From positions 3,094,971-3,158,970 of the forward strand of contig OZ245872.1 of the NCBI GenBank assembly GCA_965229345.1: a stretch of 64,000 bases of DNA, in the 5' to 3' direction. This stretch comes from Burkholderiaceae bacterium (GTDB lineage Bacteria > Pseudomonadota > Gammaproteobacteria > Burkholderiales > Burkholderiaceae_C). Below, in pieces: positions 9,188-15,930 of this stretch (position 1 is its first letter; each line of letters opens with the position of its first letter). The notes beneath the pieces were generated by a model that was not told the origin of the DNA, did not search any database, and saw only the letters and a program-made list of their open reading frames with translations. The position numbers and the translations under genes were made by a program.

Positions 9188-9647
9188 GATTCCTTTGCCG
9201 AAGGACTCGGCGGCGGTGGGTTCGAGCGCTGGTGTCGGCGCCACCAGCAACAGCAACTACGACGTCGGCTACGCCAAGCCTCCGGTGGCCACGCGTTTTG
9301 CAGCGGGTCACTCAGGCAACCCGCGCGGTCGCCCGAAGGGCTCGCGCAATGTGGCCACCACGTTGTTGCGTGAACTCGGTGCGGTGGTGACCATCCAGGA
9401 AAACGGTCGCCGCCGCAAGATCACGAAGCTGGAGGCGATCATGAAGCAGCAGGTGAACCTGGCGGCTTCGGGTGACCAGCGCTCTGCTCAGTTCATCGTG
9501 GGGCTCGTGCAGACCTCCGAGTCGGCACCGGCGCCCTTGGCCGGGCCGCTGTCGAGCGAGGCCGATGAGCAGGTGAAGAAGGCGCTCGTGCAGCGCATGC
9601 GTGCCTTGGTCAAGCAAAGCGACGGAGGCGGCGATGAGCAGTTTTGA
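9177..9647 (+). CDS. DUF5681-like phage protein (commonly precedes terminase)
   Basis: The motif FAAGHSGNPRGRPKGSRN is typical of DUF5681. The ATG at 9177 overlaps the methylase stop. Confidence 0.55.
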   Translation: MASEIPLPKDSAAVGSSAGVGATSNSNYDVGYAKPPVATRFAAGHSGNPRGRPKGSRNVATTLLRELGAVVTIQENGRRRKITKLEAIMKQQVNLAASGDQRSAQFIVGLVQTSESAPAPLAGPLSSEADEQVKKALVQRMRALVKQSDGGGDEQF

Positions 9648-11091
9648 TGCGCAGACCTTCGCGGCCTTGCTGCGCGGTGATTTCTACGCCTTTGTGCAGC
9701 GCAGCTTTGCGGTGCTGAATCCGGCGATTCCGTTTGCGGAGAACTGGCACCTGGAGTTGCTGGCCGGTTCGCTGGAGCGCTGCCGTACCGGGGCGTGTCG
9801 TCGGCTGATCATCAATGTGCCACCGCGCAGCCTGAAGTCAATCTGTGCGTCGGTGGCGTTTCCGGCATGGGTCCTGGGGCACGACCCGTCGGCGCGGCTC
9901 ATCTGTGCGTCGTATGGGCAGGAGCTGGCGGCCAAGCACGCGCTGGACACGCGCATCGTGATGGAGGATGCGTTTTACAAGGTCACGTTTCCAGGGACGC
10001 GGGTGTCGGCGAGGAAGCAGGCGTTGGCAGACTTTGAGACGACGGCCAAGGGCGGACGGATGGCAACGTCAGTGGGTGGGGTGCTGACAGGCCGGGGTGC
10101 GGATTTTCTGATCATTGACGATCCGCAAAAGCCCAATGAGGTGCTCTCGGAGGTACAGCGCGCCTCCGTCAATGACTGGTATGACCACTCGCTGCTGAGC
10201 CGGCTGAACAACCAATCGACCGGGGTGATCATTGTGATCATGCAGCGGCTGCACCTGGATGACCTTGTGGGCCACGTGCTCGAGCAAGGGGGCTGGGAAG
10301 TGTTGCGCCTGCCGGCGATCGCCGTGGACGACGAGGTGCACCGGATCTGGACGCCATACGGCGAATACACGCATGTGCGGCGTACGGGTGAGGCGCTGCA
10401 TCCGGCACGTGATTCGCTGGAGACGCTGGCTGCCATGCGTGCTTCGATGGGTGAGTACCCGTTCGCCGGCCAGTATCAGCAGGATCCGGTGCCGCAGGGT
10501 GGCGGGCTGGTGAAGGGACACTGGTTCATGACGTACGAGCCGGAGCAGTTGCCGAGCTCGGGGGGCCAGATCATTCAGTCATGGGACACGGCTTCGAAGG
10601 AAAGCGAGTTGTCGAGCTTCAGTGTGTGCACAACCTGGCTGGTGCATGACAAGCGGCATTACCTGCTGCATGTGCTGCGCCGTCGTATGGACTACCCGAC
10701 GTTGAAGCGCGAGGTGGTTCGGCTGGCGAAGGAATTCAAGGCGGCCACGGTGCTGATCGAAGACAAATCTTCTGGGATTCAGTTGATTCAGGAATTGCGC
10801 GGTGAGGGCTTGTACAGCGTGAAGGGGGTCCGGCCGGAAGGTGACAAGACGATGCGCCTGAACGCGCAGACGGCGACGATCGAGAACGGGTTGGTGTTCC
10901 TGCCGCGTCAGGCTCCGTGGTTGCTGGACTATGTGGCGGAGATGACGAGTTTCCCGAGGGCCAAGCACAGTGATCAGGTGGATTCGACGTCGCAGGCGTT
11001 GGCGTGGGTCAAGAGCGCGATGTATGGGCCGGGGATGGGGTTGCTCAACTACTACAAGCAGCAGGCTGAGTTAGCGCAGCGGGGGCGGTAG
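9634..11091 (+). CDS. phage terminase large subunit
   Basis: Starts FAENWHLELLAGSLE...LIINVPPRSLKS (Walker A-like). Also has IIDDPQKP (Walker B) and a C-terminal nuclease region with ATVLIEDKSSG and DQVDSTSQAL. Confidence 0.8.
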   Translation: MSSFDAQTFAALLRGDFYAFVQRSFAVLNPAIPFAENWHLELLAGSLERCRTGACRRLIINVPPRSLKSICASVAFPAWVLGHDPSARLICASYGQELAAKHALDTRIVMEDAFYKVTFPGTRVSARKQALADFETTAKGGRMATSVGGVLTGRGADFLIIDDPQKPNEVLSEVQRASVNDWYDHSLLSRLNNQSTGVIIVIMQRLHLDDLVGHVLEQGGWEVLRLPAIAVDDEVHRIWTPYGEYTHVRRTGEALHPARDSLETLAAMRASMGEYPFAGQYQQDPVPQGGGLVKGHWFMTYEPEQLPSSGGQIIQSWDTASKESELSSFSVCTTWLVHDKRHYLLHVLRRRMDYPTLKREVVRLAKEFKAATVLIEDKSSGIQLIQELRGEGLYSVKGVRPEGDKTMRLNAQTATIENGLVFLPRQAPWLLDYVAEMTSFPRAKHSDQVDSTSQALAWVKSAMYGPGMGLLNYYKQQAELAQRGR

Positions 11092-11275
11092 GTGAGCGAG
11101 TGGCAACGTGCGGCGAAACGGCGTGGAGCTTGAGGCTGGGTATAAAGGAATCTGCCGATCGTGGGTAACCGGTCAACTCGCCGAAGCGTAGGTCTGCGGT
11201 CAGCAAAACACCAGCCACAATTTCCATCGCGGTTGATTTCCTTCGCGCCACTCTTCATCGACGCCGAACCGGCAC

Positions 11276-12772
11276 ATGAATCACGACCAAATCAGCCTGT
11301 CTGTCCTCGAATCCCACCTTTGGGAGTCCGCCAACATTCTGCGCGGCCCGGTCGACGCCGCCGACTTCAAGACCTACATCTTTCCGCTGCTTTTTTTCAA
11401 GCGCATCTGCGATGTCTGGGACGACGAGTACCAGGAGATCGTTGACGAAACCGGGGATGAACAACTGGCTTGGTTCCCGGAATCGCACCGCTTCCAGATT
11501 CCCGAAGACTGCCATTGGAACGACGTCCGCAGCAAGGCCAGCAACGTCGGCGCCGCCTTGCAGCGCGCCATGCGCGAGATCGAGAAGGCCAACCCAGAGA
11601 CGCTGTACGGCGTGTTCGGCGATGCACAGTGGTCAAACAAGGACCGGCTCTCGGATGCCCTGCTCAAGGATCTGGTTGAGCATTTTTCTCGGCTGCCGCT
11701 CGGCAACCACAACGTCACTTCCGACCTGCTCGGTAATGCCTACGAGTACCTGATCAAGAAGTTCGCTGACGCCACCAACAAGAAGGCCGGCGAGTTCTAC
11801 ACGCCGCGCAGTGTGGTGCGGTTGATGATCGACATGCTCGCCCCCAAGGAAGCCGAGACGATCTACGACCCCGCGTGCGGCACCGGAGGCATGCTGCTGG
11901 CCGCCGTGCAGCACGTGAAGGAACAGCACGGAGACGTGAAGCGTCTGTGGGGCAAGCTGTACGGCCAGGAAAAGAACCTGACCACCTCGTCGATCGCCCG
12001 CATGAACCTGTTCCTGCACGGCATCGAGGATTTCCAGGTGGTGCGTGGCGACACGCTGCGCAACCCGGCCTTCTTCGACGGCGACCGGCTCGCCACCTTT
12101 GATTGCGTGATCGCCAATCCACCCTTCTCGCTCGAGAAGTGGGGTGAAGAGCTGTGGCTGAGCGACCCCTTCGGCCGCAACTTCGCGGGCCTGCCGCCTT
12201 CGTCGAGCGGCGACTTCGCCTGGGTTCAACACATGGTGAAGTCCATGGCCGACGTGTCAGGCCGTATGGCCGTCGTGCTTCCCCAGGGGGCCCTTTTCCG
12301 AAAAGGCGCTGAAGGAGAAATCCGGCGGAAGCTGCTGGAGATGGACCTGATCGAAGCGGTGATCGGGCTCGCACCTAATCTGTTCTACGGCACAGGGCTC
12401 GCGGCGTGCATCTTGGTCCTGCGCAAGCGCAAGTCTGCTCAGCACAAGAAGAAGGTGCTGATCGCCGATGCATCGCGACTGTTCCGCCGCGGCCGCGCGC
12501 AGAACTATCTGGAGCTTGAACACGCCGCCGACATAGTGGGTTGGTATCGCGGCTTTTGCGATGTGCAGGATGCCGTGCGAGTGGTCAGCCTCGACGAGAT
12601 CAAGGCAGAGGACTGGACGCTGAACATTTCTCGCTACGTGCTGCCACCGCTGCAGGAAGACATTCCACCGCTGCCTGAGGCCATCGCCACATTCAAGGAG
12701 GCGCTGACCCGCTGTCGCGAAGCCGAAGAGCGCCTCGCCCAGATCATGACCGAAGGGGGGTGGCTGCAATGA
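11276..12772 (+). CDS. hsdM: type I restriction-modification methylase subunit HsdM, paralogue 1
   Basis: N-terminal HsdM domain (LWESANILRG), GEFYTPRSVV, AdoMet motif DPACGTGGML and catalytic NPPF (VIANPPFSLEKW). Confidence 0.9.
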   Translation: MNHDQISLSVLESHLWESANILRGPVDAADFKTYIFPLLFFKRICDVWDDEYQEIVDETGDEQLAWFPESHRFQIPEDCHWNDVRSKASNVGAALQRAMREIEKANPETLYGVFGDAQWSNKDRLSDALLKDLVEHFSRLPLGNHNVTSDLLGNAYEYLIKKFADATNKKAGEFYTPRSVVRLMIDMLAPKEAETIYDPACGTGGMLLAAVQHVKEQHGDVKRLWGKLYGQEKNLTTSSIARMNLFLHGIEDFQVVRGDTLRNPAFFDGDRLATFDCVIANPPFSLEKWGEELWLSDPFGRNFAGLPPSSSGDFAWVQHMVKSMADVSGRMAVVLPQGALFRKGAEGEIRRKLLEMDLIEAVIGLAPNLFYGTGLAACILVLRKRKSAQHKKKVLIADASRLFRRGRAQNYLELEHAADIVGWYRGFCDVQDAVRVVSLDEIKAEDWTLNISRYVLPPLQEDIPPLPEAIATFKEALTRCREAEERLAQIMTEGGWLQ

Positions 12773-13236
12773 TGTATGAGGAGGTCATCGCTGACTTTGC
12801 ACAGCGAACTGCAGCGAATCTAAAAGCCATTCGGGCAATGCGAGCCGGGGACTCCAAAGCAGATGTCTACGAGGTAACTCAACTCGTGAACTCGATGCTG
12901 GGCCTGCTGGTGTTCCCTCAGCAGCGGTACATCGATCGGATTCCCAAGACGTCGATAGCTGAGCTTGAACGCGACGGATGGCCCATTCCTTCCGTGATTG
13001 GTGACTATCCACAAGTGGAAGATTTGCGCGACTTGGTACGCATGCTTCGGAACGCTGTGACGCACTGCAACCTTGAGTTCCAGCCGGGTCCGGGCGGCGA
13101 GATTGAGCGTTTGACCGTGTGGAATACAGATCCAAGGAGCCGGAAAGTGACTTGGAAGGCGGAGATGATGGTCGCCGACCTTGATGGGATCACCCAAAAG
13201 TTCATCGAGGTGCTCTTGAACAAAAAGGCGCCGTGA
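12769..13236 (+). CDS. small HEPN-domain protein (Rx4H motif) embedded in the type I R-M operon
   Basis: RNAVTH at 13048..13065 fits the HEPN Rx4-6H motif in an all-helical ~155-aa protein. The ATG at 12769 overlaps the hsdM1 stop (ATGA), and its own stop overlaps the hsdM2 ATG. Visibly lower G+C than both flanking genes. Confidence 0.55.
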   Translation: MMYEEVIADFAQRTAANLKAIRAMRAGDSKADVYEVTQLVNSMLGLLVFPQQRYIDRIPKTSIAELERDGWPIPSVIGDYPQVEDLRDLVRMLRNAVTHCNLEFQPGPGGEIERLTVWNTDPRSRKVTWKAEMMVADLDGITQKFIEVLLNKKAP

Positions 13237-14750
13237 TGAGCCGCATTTCCCAACAACAACTAGAGAGCTATCTGTGGGGCGCCGCCGTGCTGCTGCGCGG
13301 CTTGATCGACGCGGGCGACTACAAGCAGTTCATCTTTCCGCTGCTGTTCTACAAGCGCGTCTCGGATGTCTGGGACGAGGAATATCAGGCGGCGCTGGCC
13401 AACTCAGGCGGCGACCTCTCCTACGCGCAGTTCGCCGAGAACCATCGGTTCCAGATCCCTGAGGGTGCGCACTGGAACGAGGTGCGTCAGACACCGAAGA
13501 ACGTCGGCGCGGCCATCCAGAAGGCCATGCGCGCCATCGAGACCGCCAACCCGGATCTGCTCGACGGCATCTTTGGCGACGCGCCCTGGACCAACCGCGA
13601 GCGCCTGCCCGATGAAACGCTGAAGAACCTGATCGAGCACTTCTCGACCCAGACGCTCTCGGTGGCCAACGTACCCGAGGACGAGCTGGGCAACGCCTAC
13701 GAGTACCTGATCAAGAAGTTTGCGGACGACTCCGGCCACACGGCGGCCGAGTTCTACACCAACCGCACCGTCGTCCACCTGATGACGCAGCTCCTGGCCC
13801 CGCAAGCGGGCGAGTCGATCTACGACCCCACGTGCGGCACCGGCGGCATGCTGATCTCGGCGTTGGACGAAGTGAAGCGCTCGGGCGGTGAGTACCGCAC
13901 GCTGAAGCTCTACGGGCAGGAGCGCAATCTCATCACCTCGTCCATCGCCCGCATGAACTTGTTCCTGCATGGCGTGGAGGACTTCGAGATCATCCGCGGC
14001 GACACGCTGGCCGACCCCAAGCACATCGAGGGCGACCGCCTGCGCGAGTTTGACGTGATCCTGGCCAACCCGCCGTACTCCATCAAGCAGTGGAACCGCG
14101 AGGCCTGGAGCAGCGACAAGTGGGGCCGCAACTCCCTGGGCACGCCGCCACAGGGCCGCGCCGACTATGCGTTCCAGCAGCACATCCTGACCAGCCTCAC
14201 CGCCAAGGGGCGTTGCGCCGTGCTCTGGCCGCATGGCGTGCTGTTCCGCAATGAGGAACAGGCCATGCGCGCCAAGATGGTCGAGCAAGACTGGGTGGAG
14301 GCCGTCATCGGCCTGGGGCCGAACCTTTTCTACAACTCCCCGATGGAGTCGTGCATCGTCATCTGCAATCGCAAGAAGGCCGCTGCACGCAAGAGCAAGG
14401 TGATCTTCATCGACGCGCTGAACGAGGTCACCCGCGAGCGGGCACAGAGCTTCCTCACGCCCGCGCACCAGCAGCGCGTCCTGGCCGCCTACAAGACGTT
14501 TGCCGATGCGCCCGGTTTCGCAAAGGTCGCCACGTTGGCCGAGATCGGCGGCAATGCGGCCAATCTGTCGATCCCGATGTACGTGAAGCGCATCGCGGCT
14601 TCTGTTGCCACCGACAGCAATGGCCATGCAGTATCGCTGCGTTCGGCCTGGGCACAGTGGCAGAACGACGGCCGTGCCTTCTGGCAGCAGATGGACGCGC
14701 TGGTTGAAACGCTGGATGGCGTGATCGCGGAGGACGTCGAGCGTGCCTGA
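13236..14750 (+). CDS. hsdM: type I restriction-modification methylase subunit HsdM, paralogue 2
   Basis: Collinear with paralogue 1, roughly half the residues identical by eye. Has DPTCGTGGML and catalytic NPPY (ILANPPYSIKQW). Carries EFYTNR instead of EFYTPR. Confidence 0.9.
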   Translation: MSRISQQQLESYLWGAAVLLRGLIDAGDYKQFIFPLLFYKRVSDVWDEEYQAALANSGGDLSYAQFAENHRFQIPEGAHWNEVRQTPKNVGAAIQKAMRAIETANPDLLDGIFGDAPWTNRERLPDETLKNLIEHFSTQTLSVANVPEDELGNAYEYLIKKFADDSGHTAAEFYTNRTVVHLMTQLLAPQAGESIYDPTCGTGGMLISALDEVKRSGGEYRTLKLYGQERNLITSSIARMNLFLHGVEDFEIIRGDTLADPKHIEGDRLREFDVILANPPYSIKQWNREAWSSDKWGRNSLGTPPQGRADYAFQQHILTSLTAKGRCAVLWPHGVLFRNEEQAMRAKMVEQDWVEAVIGLGPNLFYNSPMESCIVICNRKKAAARKSKVIFIDALNEVTRERAQSFLTPAHQQRVLAAYKTFADAPGFAKVATLAEIGGNAANLSIPMYVKRIAASVATDSNGHAVSLRSAWAQWQNDGRAFWQQMDALVETLDGVIAEDVERA

Positions 14751-15930
14751 CAAGAAGAACAAGAGCCTGAGGCCCAGCTGGCGCCAGGTGAAGTTTGGCG
14801 ATGTGGTGCGGCAGTGCAAAGAGAGAGCCGATCCGGAGACCTCGGGTCTCGAGCGCTACGTCGCTGGTGACCATATGGACACCGACGATCTACGGCTGCG
14901 CCGGTGGGGTGTCATTGGCTCCGGCTACTTAGGGCCAGCGTTTCACATCCGGTTCAAGCCAGGACAAGTTCTCTACGGCTCGCGACGAACCTATCTGCGC
15001 AAGGTGGCCGTTGCAGCCTTCGAGGGCATCTGTGCCAATACGACTTTCGTGTTGGAGTCGAAATGCACAGGTGAGCTTCTGCCGGAGTTCCTTCCCTTCT
15101 TGATGCAGACCCAGGCATTCAATGCGTTCTCGGTCAAGAATTCGAAGGGCTCGGTCAACCCGTATATCAACTTCTCTGATTTGGAGCAGTTCCAGTTTGC
15201 TCTGCCTTCTGTCGAAGATCAGCGGAAGATTGTCCAAGTTCTAACAGCGGCGGATGCGTGCGCAATAGCGTATGAGGAGGCGAAAGAAGCACACGAGCGG
15301 CTGATCGCATCCTTCATTCAGGAGTCCTTCTTGGACTTTGATGGCCGCTATGAACACAGGCCCTGCAGCGAGCTGATGGAGAAGATCACGGTGGGAATAG
15401 TGGTCAAGCCGGCTGACCTGTATGTCGGTACCGGTCAAGGAGTGCGAACCTTAAGGTCTCTGAACGTATTCCCAGGGCGCTTCGTGCTGGATGAGCTGGT
15501 CGAGATAAGTGTCGAGGGACACGCAGCTCACCAGAAGTCGGCGTTGACCGCTGGAGACATTGTGGTTGTCAGAACTGGGAGGCCGGGCGATGCCGCCGTC
15601 GTTCCGGCTGACCTAGCGGAGACGAACTGCATAGACCTGATTGTTGCGAAGCCTGGCCCGTCCATAACTGCGGACTACGTAGTCACGTTTCTCAACTCTC
15701 AGTTCGGACTCCGGATCTTCAGTTCGGGAACAACTGGAACTGCACAGAAGCATTTCAATGTTGGAGAGTTTTCGAAGCTTAGGCTACCCGTTCCCCCGTT
15801 CGCTATGCAGCAAGAGTTTGGCACTAGACTTTCAGCACTTAAGGAGCCGATCCAATCACTTGAGGGTCGACTCCGAGTTGCACGCGCGACGAAAGCGATT
15901 GCCGTCAATTCAGCAATCTGTGGAGCGTGA
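14743..15930 (+). CDS. hsdS: type I restriction-modification specificity subunit HsdS
   Basis: Two target-recognition-like halves separated by a conserved helical spacer (LPSVEDQRKIVQVL..., LPVPPFAMQQEF...). The GTG start overlaps the hsdM2 stop. Confidence 0.85.
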   Translation: MPDKKNKSLRPSWRQVKFGDVVRQCKERADPETSGLERYVAGDHMDTDDLRLRRWGVIGSGYLGPAFHIRFKPGQVLYGSRRTYLRKVAVAAFEGICANTTFVLESKCTGELLPEFLPFLMQTQAFNAFSVKNSKGSVNPYINFSDLEQFQFALPSVEDQRKIVQVLTAADACAIAYEEAKEAHERLIASFIQESFLDFDGRYEHRPCSELMEKITVGIVVKPADLYVGTGQGVRTLRSLNVFPGRFVLDELVEISVEGHAAHQKSALTAGDIVVVRTGRPGDAAVVPADLAETNCIDLIVAKPGPSITADYVVTFLNSQFGLRIFSSGTTGTAQKHFNVGEFSKLRLPVPPFAMQQEFGTRLSALKEPIQSLEGRLRVARATKAIAVNSAICGA

